Positions 1 through 11,700 of a stretch of DNA of 64,000 bases are shown here, piece after piece. The position numbers and the translations under genes were made by a program. The stretch is from contig CM119381.1 of assembly GCA_051294905.1 (NCBI GenBank), positions 11,904,001 to 11,968,000 on the forward strand, given 5' to 3'. Each line of letters starts with the position of its first letter. Positions within the stretch are counted from its first letter, which is position 1. The notes under the pieces were generated by a model that saw only the letters and a list, made by a program, of their open reading frames with translations, was not told the origin of the DNA and searched no databases. The DNA is from Botryllus schlosseri. Lineage: Eukaryota.

Positions 1-114
1 GGATTGACATGCCAGGTCGCGGTCTGGTAAACTGAGGGTTGACTAGTATTGATTCAGTAGAAATTATTCGCATTTCAACTTGAATGTGGACAGTCTGTAC
101 ATGCTCGACGACTG

Positions 115-498
115 TCAAATAGCCGGCGAGATGCTGTTGAACACTGCATGCCCGGCATGTTTGACAGAGCGATGATCTTTTACATCGATCATATGGTAGT
201 TGGATGACGTCAACGCACGTGTGCCGTATCGAGGAACTTTCGATGCCGAGGTGAAGAAGGTATTGAAATTTTCGGGGCAGTGAGCGCAGTGGAACTGATA
301 TATAAACTTGGAAATTTTTGGTTTTCGCATATCTTTTATGTTTAGGACACCAAATCTTGTGAGCAGTGACTTGTTGGAAGCCCATCCTGGCCTCTTTGCA
401 GCCTTGGCTACGAAACGGAAGATCCGATGTTGTGCCGTAATGGACTGCCAATTAAAGCTGCTGCCAATCACAGAGAGGACATGCTCTGTTTGGGCCAA
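115..498 (-). mobile_element. Decayed 3' end of an L2/Crack(CR1-group)-like LINE ORF2
   Basis: The peptide LLTRFGVLNIKDM..KISKFIYQF...PENFNTFF......RYGTR....Y........RSVKHAGHAVFNSIS resembles, from memory, the C-terminal LF.kL.iL.i.D......kFmY.....lP..F..fF......Y.TR...S..y.G...fNsi pattern of these LINEs. No RT motif lies in the window. Confidence 0.6.
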
Positions 499-850
499 GG
501 GTCTCTATCTATTATATTTATCTGTTTGAGCGTCAAATAATTCCGATTTGTCAACACGGTCAGCAAAACGAAGATGATCGCTTATCATTCAGAAATCAGT
601 CATTGGCAAGCATTTCTCTCTTTCGTATTTGTGACTTAAAAATTTTATTCCGCATGAGGTCACAATCGGTGAATGCGATGGGTGATAACATAGTTTTATT
701 TTGTATCCGATTATTAAAGTTGACGGCAACCCTTGAACAGTGAAAAATCGAAAATCTTTGGATGAATAGTAAAAAACTAATTGTAATATTTAAATAACTG
801 GTTGGTGGTACAGAACTTGAACACGGCTTTTAACAGTATATTCATATTTA

Positions 851-891
851 TTGACTCGAAGAACTTTTCGCGTGCCTCTTATCAAGAGCAA
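851..891 (-). ncRNA. Mirror copy of the hammerhead ribozyme, sense to the host pre-mRNA
   Basis: Exact reverse complement of 2271-2311; minus-strand AATAAA at 847-852. Confidence 0.75.
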
Positions 892-1484
892 CCGGCACGA
901 TAAAGGATACAGAACAGAGATGGATTCAAAACCAAATGGCGAATTGTGACGCAATAATGCAATTTTATAAATAACATGAATGGATATTCAGCCATAGCAA
1001 CAATGCAGCGTATATAGCAACAAGCAACTTGAAAAGTAGAGCGCTGAGGTATAAAATACAAATACAATGAGACAATGCAGCAACACAGAGGAAAAAATTT
1101 TGAACAAAAACACGGACGAACAGCTAAGCAACGACAACTAGTGTGAAATTTTAAGATTATACAAAAATTCTTTCTGGCGACAGAGGACCGGGTTGTTTAG
1201 TTTGATGAAAGTGGATTCCAAAGCAGTTAAATGAAACATTGATCTACCCCTGGATAAAACTGAAAACATGTCGTCTGAATAGTTCAAGGCGCAGGACGGG
1301 TTGTCGATCAAATGCTGGCCAATTGAAGAACTGCTTGCCAACACTTGGCTGTGCGATTGGGATTTTGATGCGTGTTTGCATTGCTGAGTGACACTTTCAG
1401 AATCAGGGGACTGCGATGCCGATCTTATCCTCTTAGGAACGTGCTGTTTGATACGCTCAAGCAAGCGTTGGGATGTGCTTGGCT

Positions 1485-2024
1485 TGGCTTGGCTCTGTTT
1501 CTAATAGATTCACCAAATCAATCAGATCATGCGTCGAATCGTGTTACAACACTGTTAATGCGAGGATTGTGTATACAACGAAACAAATTTTGCCAAACAC
1601 GCGAAAGGATGTGCTGCCTGCTTTTCATCAAAGTATGGTAATATATGAATACAAATGCCACTGTGACAGTCGGTACGTGGGACGCACATCCCAACGCTTG
1701 CTTGAGCGTATCAAACAGCACGTTCCTAAGAGGATAAGATCGGCATCGCAGTCCCCTGATTCTGAAAGTGTCACTCAGCAATGCAAACACGCATCAAAAT
1801 CCCAATCGCACAGCCAAGTGTTGGCAAGCAGTTCTTCAATTGGCCAGCATTTGATCGACAACCCGTCCTGCGCCTTGAACTATTCAGACGACATGTTTTC
1901 AGTTTTATCCAGGGGTAGATCAATGTTTCATTTAACTGCTTTGGAATCCACTTTCATCAAACTAAACAACCCGGTCCTCTGTCGCCAGAAAGAATTTTTG
2001 TATAATCTTAAAATTTCACACTAG
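1485..2024 (+). pseudogene. Truncated PLE polyprotein C-terminus: linker plus GIY-YIG endonuclease
   Basis: ORF 1473-2024 is open and carries the VIY-x-Y-x-C-x-C-x-x-x-YVG-x-T GIY-YIG motif. It is 5'-truncated at the fold-back junction (GCTTG stutter at 1477-1494), so there is no RT domain. Confidence 0.85.
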
Positions 2025-2270
2025 TTGTCGTTGCTTAGCTGTTCGTCCGTGTTTTTGTTCAAAATTTTTTCCTCTGTGTTGCTGCATTGTCTCATTGTAT
2101 TTGTATTTTATACCTCAGCGCTCTACTTTTCAAGTTGCTTGTTGCTATATACGCTGCATTGTTGCTATGGCTGAATATCCATTCATGTTATTTATAAAAT
2201 TGCATTATTGCGTCACAATTCGCCATTTGGTTTTGAATCCATCTCTGTTCTGTATCCTTTATCGTGCCGG

Positions 2271-2311
2271 TTGCTCTTGATAAGAGGCACGCGAAAAGTT
2301 CTTCGAGTCAA
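2271..2311 (+). ncRNA. Minimal type I hammerhead ribozyme, U3-A8 core variant, in the PLE 3' UTR/pLTR
   Basis: Stem I TTGCTC(2271-76)/GAG-t-CAA(2305-11); core TTGATAA(2277-83); 1-bp stem II G2284-C2292; GAA(2293-95); stem III AAG-tt-CTT(2296-2303); C17=2304. AATAAA follows at 2310-2315. Confidence 0.75.
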
Positions 2312-2680
2312 TAAATATGAATATACTGTTAAAAGCCGTGTAATATTTAAGTGCATTCTGAAGTTCTGCACTCCTAATCGTTTCATTGCTTCTATATAGT
2401 GCCCCACTCACTGCAGACGTTACAACGACATCTTTGATACACAATAAAAATAAGACCTACTCTGAATTATGAGAGTATAAGCCCTACAAAATGACGAAAA
2501 AACGAAAGGAAAAGGCATCCGATAAAATAAGCGGCAGTGCCATATTTCCATGAGAAAAATAATAAACCTGTCCTATTTTTTAAGACACACTATCCTAAGC
2601 CACACTATCGATAACTAATCAAGAGTTCCCCATTCTCAAATTACCTACACCAATTCTTATAAATAAATGATGTAAGTTAC

Positions 2681-2794
2681 CTCCAGTGCAGTAATATCCA
2701 GGCTGACAGGCCGAACTCGAGTAATTAGCGAGACCGGTGTCGTTACACAGATATCCCGACGGACACGAAAAACAATCTGCCTCATTCGAAGCCC
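2681..2794 (-). CDS. Giant Cys-rich gene, exon 94/94
   Basis: AG/GT; phase 1->1, ends at a donor with no stop, so the gene continues leftward; ASNEADCFSCPSGYLCNDTGLANYSSSACQPGYYCTG. Confidence 0.9.
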
Positions 2795-5700
2795 CTATAA
2801 ACAGGATGTCATTGCAGCTATTTTTCATAATCTTGATGATACGATAAAGCACCTTCAATATCCCGATAGGTGTACAATGGGCAGGGCTGTGGTCCAGTTG
2901 GGTCACCGCCAGGGCAAGACCCGTTCATCGCCGAGCAATAATGACCGACCGGGCATAGGTCGGGAATCGGATCGCCTTTGTGACACCAGAATCCAGGAGG
3001 GCATACTGAGCATTCTTCCACTCTGCTTGCACCTGGGCAGTAATTGGGAAAATTTTAAATCAAGGATACTATCATGATGATAATCCGCATTTAGCAAATG
3101 GTAAAAACACAAAATCTTCAGAAATAAGCCGAAAATTTGGGATGAAAGACAGCAATGATATAGACCTGTCAGGCAATTGAATTAAAAATAATATCCCAAT
3201 AATGAAGATTTGCATCCAACGCTTGGTACAAACACCGTATTGGCAGGAATACGTTGCAACCGGAAGCCACACCGATAAAAACATGTAGGGCAAATTAAAT
3301 TGCAAGTAATATGCTGATGATAATCTGCATACAAGGCTTCATAAAGATACAAAAGCCTGCAGAAATATTGAGTAGAAAGTTAATATCAAAAACCTCACTG
3401 ACATTGTAAATAATTGCAATATCCTGGTGATACTCTGCATTCAATGCTTCATAAAAACACAAATATTTGCAGAATACCGACAAAAATTTGCTCAGAAAGC
3501 CAATGTAGATAAAAACCTGTCGTTTCTCTTAAAGTATTCTCCGGACACGGTTCCGGGTCAGTAGTTCCAGTTCCACAGTAGAATCCGGCAGGACACGGAC
3601 CAGCACACGTGGTAAAAGCCGGGCAAGGTTCTTGCGTTGCATTGTAGGTCCACGTGATGTCTCCATCCGCCACGGGAGAAAATGCGCGGGACAAGCAAAA
3701 GTAACCGGGGTCGCAGTCACCCTGGGACAGAAAAGTCACATTTTGATCCGTTTTTCAAATTATGACTGTAAGTTCATATGCATGGTTCACATGTTCATAT
3801 CATAAAAGACTTTGAAAGTAGCGTTCACATCCAATAACAAAAACCTTACCTGTATTTCTCCTCCTGTGCAATATTTCCCAGCATCGCAAGGTGTACACAT
3901 AGTATCGTCTTCCAAGCCTGTTTCGCCAGGCAGAGTGTAAGTGCCGTTTGGACAAAGAGTGGGGGCGGATGAGCCTTAAAAAGAGATTACAGAATTCCGA
4001 TGAAAGAGACGACTACCTCAAAAAGAGCATTGCACTCTAAATATGATGTGGTCTGAAATTTGAGCAGAAAGTGCTAAAAACATTTTGGCTGCAGCTATAA
4101 TTCTCGGTAAGCCACCTTAGTGGAACTGCAGCAGAACGGCAAAAGGATATCCACGAAAAGTACCATTGTAGTATTCGATATCTGTGATATCTAGGGTGAT
4201 GCGGCATCGCTGCTTAATCCGTACCATAGGATTGCCTGACAATTATCTAACATTCATTCTCTGACTCGACCGCCTAAAGAAAGTTATAACGGAAGTTGAT
4301 TCCGGCAATCGTAATTTTCGTTTGAATATAGTGGCATGGCTGATTCCACTTTGTTTTTTACTCACAACGTTAATTCGCGACCACACCATCTTAAGAGCAC
4401 AGTGCCAATTTAAAGAGGTAAAACGTACCAGCTGGACAGAAATGGTATTCCGGACACTCCACTTGATCTCCAGTATCAGATTTCAAACAATAGAAACCGG
4501 CTGGACACAGCACACAGTCTTGCATGCCTAGAGCAGGCTGGTACTGACCTGAATCGCATACTCGAGTTGAAACAAGTGTTGAATTCACAACTGGAATAAA
4601 CATACCCGAAGGGCAAGGTTGCGGCTGGCTTGACCTGCTTGGACAAAAGTGTCCGACAGTGCAACGGAACTGATTGGGATTGGTGTTGGTAGTGTTGCCT
4701 GGGCAGTAATATCCGGGATTACATGGTCCCGATGGAGTCGAGATTCCGGGTACGTTGCAGTAATATCCCTGCGACAAAACAGTTATTTTAGATTATTGCA
4801 TTTTGGATATCATATTTTGAGCACGAGCGATACCAACATCACTGATATAGCACATATTTTACCTATAAACGGACACTATCTTATAACATCATATTGTGAC
4901 ATATTACAATTAGAACTTCTAATTAATGGCGGTAATTTGCAAAAAATATCCCATATCAATTTCACTTATTCACAATAAAACTGCAGATGAGTAAAACACT
5001 AGTATTTCCCTTCAAAAAGGCATGTATTATAGTTGAGGAGGTCAAACTTTTATGCATTTTCACCAAACCTCCTTCATAAATCAGTTTTACCATACTGAAG
5101 ACAGAGAAAACCTACACCTTGTTTTCTGCCAACGTAACCATCATACATGTAAACAGCACGGAAACAAGATGCTAATAGGATAGGAAAGGACGTAGTTTAT
5201 TTTTGTTCTCGATGTTTTTGCGGCAATATGCACCGACTCATGATATGCACAGTTGCACACACACGATTTGTGCATATGCATGCCTTGTACGGCTTTCTAA
5301 GTCTTGCACCACCCCTCCATTCTATCCCAGTAATGCAGGCATGCTTCGGCTTACTGCTATTTCTCCTGTGGCAGTAACCTCTAATAGGAATCTATAGTTA
5401 CTGGGGTGTGTACCGGTCTGAGAGTACCACCTGTTGAATTTGTCTTAGCAATGGAGGAATGGAATTCACATTTCACTGCAGTAACAATTAAAGATACTTA
5501 TCTCAATGAATATAAGATCTCAATAACGATCTCACAAGAGCGCGGCACTTGAAGTGATGACCTGATTGGGACGTTATTTATAAATATAGGTCTGGCTCTA
5601 AACCAAACATTCACAAATTCAAACACTTCATTTCTGCCTGACAAAAATTCACTTTTCCGGTTGAGGTCAACTTCTTCACCGTAGTAACAAAGCAAACAAA

Positions 5701-8700
5701 ATAAAAGGTTAAACTTACAGGATCGCATGGCTGGCAATCCGCCTGCGAAGCTGCCCCAGTCACGTTTCTCATGGTTCCGACATCACAATCCCGGGCGGCA
5801 GTATGGCCTGCTAGACAATAATGCCCGGCTGGGCACTCTCCATTGTATCTTCCGGTGGTTGTATTAAAACCTTCGTTCGGAGTCTTTGTATCGCTTCCAC
5901 CCTCGCATAAATATCCGGCGTCGCATTGAGCTAAAACGTGCGATACATTGAGCGTACAATACATTTTCAGTTGTTCACATATGGTCATTTCTGCACACTT
6001 TGAGATGGAAATCCACTTATATAGCGTTAGACATGGTATGGAAATAAAACCGTGTGTTAAATTCCGAAGATAAAACTACTACTTTTTCGGAGAATCAAAT
6101 TTGACGCTACTAGCACTACTGGAGTAGCTGTATTTTTAGACTAATTCCACTTCTAGAGTTTTTTATGCAAAACATCATACTTTCTAGCTTTAGGAATTTG
6201 CGAAATGGAAAGTGGTTTGAATAGAGCTTTTCTTCAATTATATTAGTAAAATTGTCCCAACAGCCTTGCCGAAACAGCCAATATAACGCAGCAATTGCGT
6301 AAATCTTTGAAAATTGCAGTCATTGGGAGTGTAGTCAGTTCTTTTTGCATTTATCTAGAAGATGCACCGAAAGTAGCCACCCTCAATTAACTGCTAAAAC
6401 ATGCGACCGTTGGACCAAATCTATCTTTTTGAAAGTACTTTAAGTGCTATTCAATCCTTGATCATCTATTTCCACTTAAATTAGCTTTGACCGGTCTTGG
6501 AAATCACTATTTCTAATTGTAATTGAGTAGAAACTTACATGAAAACTGAGTAACTACACTTGCTAATTTGACTACCTCTGTAATTAAATACATAAAAAAA
6601 ATAGTACTTCTCACTAATACTAATAAACAACTCAGATTTAAATCAAATTGCTCACATGGAATTACTATCAATATCAAAAAATATGACGAAAATATGAGGC
6701 AAAAAAACAATACACATGACATGAATTACAGAATCACAACTAAACCCCTTGCAAACGGTAATCAAGACGCCACTAAGTCTCTATGTAACCGCACCTGTCG
6801 GTGATGGATTGCCGACGCCTTCACAATACTGCCCCGGATCACACTCCGTACAATCTCCAATTTTCGTTCCGCCGCTCTGACTTCTGTAAGTCCCGGCAGG
6901 GCAAGGCTGCGCGACGACGACGCCGGCAGGACAGTAAAAACCTAAAAATAACCGTACTCACGATAAATTATTGACCGTTAGTGACTCCAAGACGATTTTT
7001 CCAATATGTCGAAATCAATTGGATGAGAGACATAAGGACTCCAATTACTAGCACCTTTAGAAAAGATTGAACCTTGCACACAATGCACAGTAACATATTC
7101 TATGATGGAATTTATTGGAAATATGCTGCCAATTAACTATAAAATGATGTAAGCATAAAAAATGGTTTGTCATCATCATAAACTATCGAGAAATGAAGGT
7201 ATTCACGGTATAGTATTTCAGACTGAAAATATTGATGCGAAAATTCCACCTACACTGGTCTACAAACATTGGTCAAATTGCCATGCTTTTAATGAATATC
7301 GAGAATTGAGAAATACATTTCGAAAATAACAAGTGGAAAGGCCTCAATACCAGGATCGCAAATGCCAGCCATCGATGTATTTGCCGACGAGCAAATCGTC
7401 CCAGCTTCGCATTCAGCGCAAACGCTAGCCCCAGGATTGGGGCTGTAGTAACCCGGATCACATCCGATCGGATAAGGAGTTCCAGCAGGGCAATAAAATC
7501 CAGCCGGACAGGGTTCACCGGTAACGCCATCGGTTGGTTCTGGAGATACGCTGCCGCCGTAGCATATAAACCTACAAAAAAACGTATTCAAGATTTCAGT
7601 AACGCATGAAAATAATTCAAAGTCTACTTTCTTATCCAAAATAACATGACCATTACAAATCAGGATTCCCATCGAACATGTCAAAGTTCAGGTACTCATC
7701 AACTGTGTCCTCCAAAACACTCAATATATGCAAGTCAGACATCAATTTATTTATACTTGGTTGAGGGTTACGGTCAGGGCATAATGGAAACAATAATTAT
7801 CCTTACCCCAACCTAATCCTAAACCTTAACCCTAATTTTATGATACCGCAACCTAACCTAACCTACAAATCTAACCTTATGACACCCCAACCAACCCTAA
7901 AATATTAAGATACCCTATCCTCAACGCACATAAACGTAAATATATCCAGTAACAAGGTGAATACAGCTGATGATCAGTGATCACGAGAAACACCACAAAT
8001 TTTGAGATGTTCACGAGGAAAACTGATTGGCAATCGTCATGGGGATCACTACTTGATGTGAATAAGGAAGAATGCTGGAAAAATATTCATTTCGAACCCT
8101 GCTGTGCAGTTAGGCGCGTCGCTGTCTGTTTTTCCCGACGAGTCGCAATATTTTCCTGCAGGGCACTGCGTGCAACCGGATTCATTACGTTGCCCAGGAA
8201 TTTGAGAGAAAGTCCCGGCTTTGCATGGTTCAGGTTGACTTGATCCACCAGGGCAAAAATATCCAGTGGGACAAAGACCGTTACCCAGAAATTCTCCTGT
8301 AATGCACATCCCATCATATTAGCAGTCTAGGAAGGCAATTATGTAAACATACGCATTTCTACATTATTACATCTCCAGATGTAGCCAGTGATGACGTACT
8401 TCAACTGTTTCCATGAATTCAAGCACGTTTGGCCACCTCCACTTTTTTAAACTACTTGAATAATTTTTGGATCTATATTTCTACATTTACTTGAAGTTTG
8501 ACATTGCTACTTCTGCTTGTAATTGAGTGTATATGTACTGCATTACTTACACTGCTAAATGAGCAGCAACGCTGACTACTAGACGACTTCTATAGAGTTT
8601 AAATGTACAATAGCAAATACTGACCTGAAATAGTAACAGTAATCGTTTCGTTTAATGGGGCGCTGTCTCCTGCACCGCCGCTGCAAAAGAATCCCGGATC

Positions 8701-11700
8701 ACAAGGCCCGGACGGATCGACAGACGGCGAGTCGCTACAATGCATTCCTTCCAAGATGAATGAGCGATTAGTGAGTATCACAAAATGTGAATGCATCGTA
8801 AATACCTGACGGGCAAGACAGACATTGAGAAGCCAGTTGTGCGCCAGACACGTTATTGTAGGTTCCTGGAGCGCAGGGTATCGGCGATTGTCCGAGCAGA
8901 CAGTAATAGCCTCTCGGACATGGCTCTGGATCTAGGTTACCTGAAAAAAACATTCCAGTTGGCGCACTGTACAGACCAGCAAGCATTTAAAGACGGAGTT
9001 ATTACCCTAAGTTACATGGAAGGCCAATGTTTAAATTGGAACCAAAAGCTATAAAATTAACTCCATAGTCCTTTTCTTATAAGGTATATCCTTGTTATCC
9101 ACTTATGTCCATATATTGTTTTATTTCTAGTGCTTACCTCAGATCATAAAACCACATGGAAAATGATAACACTAATAATTGCGTTCCGACCGGTAATCAA
9201 GCCCCTGGTTGGCCGAAAGTGATGACCTTTTTTAGTTATGAGGTAGCTTTATAGATGAAATGGCAATGAAGTCATGATTAGCCTCTGTTAGGCTATTGAG
9301 AATTTAACCCTGGTTGTGCGGGTTCAAAGGTTAAAAAGTCCTGATTTAAATAGTCTAATTTCAATAGATCTCGGAGGTAGTTTTGGCTGAGGTTGGATTT
9401 TAAATTTTCCCTCTCGCAGATTTTGATTTCATGACAAAACTTGAAATGCTACACTGGACAAGCACTTAGAGAGGGAATGAATAAAATTTCTGGCTTAAAA
9501 TTGAAATTAGAACAAGGATCTCTCGAAAAAGACCGGATAGGTACGCGACGGAATTCAGACTGGAATGTCGTCAATTGACACTTGACTCTAAATTCATGTA
9601 CTCGCATCAGCCCACTGAAAAGGAATGGGCCATAGAGTGAAGCCCTTCAAAACTTACCATCATATGGATCACACTGTTTCCCCGAAGGGCAGTCAAAACA
9701 ACTCGATTTTCCCTGTTCAGGTTGATACGTATTTTCCAAGCATGCAGTTTCGTTAGATGATCCCTCCGGACAGAAATGATTGACCGAGCAGATCAGCGAA
9801 GATGTAGCATCGCCGCCAGGGCAGTAATAGTTGGCTTGGCATTGCGCAGTCTCGTTAGCCCCACCGCCTGTATTTGATAATATTTTCAATTTCAAATGGG
9901 CATTAGGGCTGTCCGTAAATAACTTTTTTTGATAGACGAGATACCAATAATGTGGTGACTATACTGTTCTTTGAAGTTACATTGAAATGTCTGTCTTGGC
10001 CGTCCTAGTCTCGGGTCCTATGACTTGGTCCGAGTCATGCACAAGGACTCGACTACAAGTCAAGTTACACATTTGATAAAATGAGTCGAGTCACCAAAAA
10101 ATCGCGACTTGAGTCATTACAAACCTGAGTGCATGCAAGCATATAGGCAAGTAGACCTACTTGAGTGCCCCAAAACATAGAAGTACATCGTTACTGATCA
10201 ATTTTAAAGAATAAGCTGCTACATATACAATTGTGTATTTAGATCAGATTCACGATTTTGTTGAAGCTGGACATGGAATTTCTGAAATTATCTAATTATT
10301 GTGTGACTTTTCTAATAACTTCACTCATCACTGGACATGGACTCGGACTCGATACAAAATGAACTCCTGATTGTGACTCGGAATTGAATGCCAAATCTGG
10401 AACAGAGTTCTGGAACAGGCTTTGAGAATATCGAAATCCCTCATCTCTACACCGTTGGTTACAGAGACCTCTGAGATAGCACTAATGCTTTTCGATACAG
10501 AATTACTACAAAACCACTGTACAAAATGCCATTCGGGTATCTAGACCAACGGAATTACATGAACGAAAATCACAGATCCCAGTTACCTGTACAATAATAA
10601 CCAGGCGTGCAATCCTGGCAGTAAGTGTCGTTCTCATTTCCATAGGACGGACTGAACGTACCCGGTGGACAGGCCTCTGGAAATGGGCTGCCCTCTTCGC
10701 AGAAGAAACCGGGCGGGCAAATGTTCTGATCAGCCACGGTGCTGAAAGTTTAACGTAGCTTTAACCCTTTGTAACCGGCCGGCCTACTGACCAAAATTTT
10801 ACTGCATCCACATAAAAAACGATAAAATGTCATCCATATGGCTTAAATCGACGCCCAATATATTGCCGTAAACCTGAAGTAGCCGCCTAGCGGTCTGAGA
10901 TACTCTCACAGCTCAGACGCCAGAGGGAATAGTGTTATGCGAGAAAATGTTCTCGATTTCTTGAAAATAAAATACAATTTTGTTCTTCCATATCTCCTGA
11001 CGTCATACCTAGGCTCTCTCTTAGTATATGACCACCTGATTGCATTCCGCATGAATCTCTACGTTTGAACGAGACATTACATGCTACTAGAGCGCTTCAT
11101 AGCCCAGCGCTACGATCTTGGAAAGGTAGAGATGATAAGCACAATCACGCGGCCGCCGCCGATGAGTAATCGATTACGTAATCTCGTATTCTCGCTGAAG
11201 GCAACGCGCGTCCAGTTCTACATAACATAGTAACTGCCTTGGCAATTTTGCCGTTAGTATACATCTCCATGCTATTGAAGTGTTATCAACCCCAGTTACT
11301 TGTTATATGTAACTTGCAACTGCAAGGGATCCGTAAGTATACACAGATGGCCTTATTGGACACTGCCTAGTGCTCATATACGCTCGGGAAGTCATTTCAC
11401 GTGATACATTGCTTTATTTCACATCAATTTGAACTGTATTCTACACGGCTAATGTTCTATGCATGGTCAACAGTAGTCATAGAAGCCAACAGTAACTTCG
11501 TGTGCCATCTAAAACAGATATATAACTGCCTCTATATGATGTTATTATCACAGGCTCGGGTACAAAAATAGCCTAACTCGCACGCTTATTTGTGCCTTGT
11601 TAGGGCTGGTGTCGGCTTTCTTATACAAAACTAAGCTCCATGATAGCGATATTGATGGATATGCCAGGATAATGGCTAACCATATGTATAATTTGCTATT

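Larger units (their letters stand above)
794..2340. mobile_element. Young 5'-truncated Penelope-like retroelement (GIY-YIG PLE) in inverted-repeat configuration
   Basis: Arms 821-1478 and 1684-2341 are reverse complements (i+j=3162). The + copy encodes the GIY-YIG region (VIYEYKCHCDSRYVGRTSQRLLERIKQH...LESTFIKLNNPVLCRQKEF). A 27-nt extra tail occupies 794-820, and TAATATTTAA is duplicated at 784-793 and 2341-2350. Confidence 0.9.

Noticed and set aside
882-2280. Duplicated small ORFs (882-1067/2095-2280, 1372-1641/1527-1790) as genes
   Set aside because: They are by-products of the PLE palindrome, in UTR or antisense frames.
5355-5380. Short AG/GT-bounded segment as a host exon
   Set aside because: Exons 88 and 89 join directly in phase 0 with a perfect motif (CQPCDP|GYYC), and the segment carries no repeat motif.
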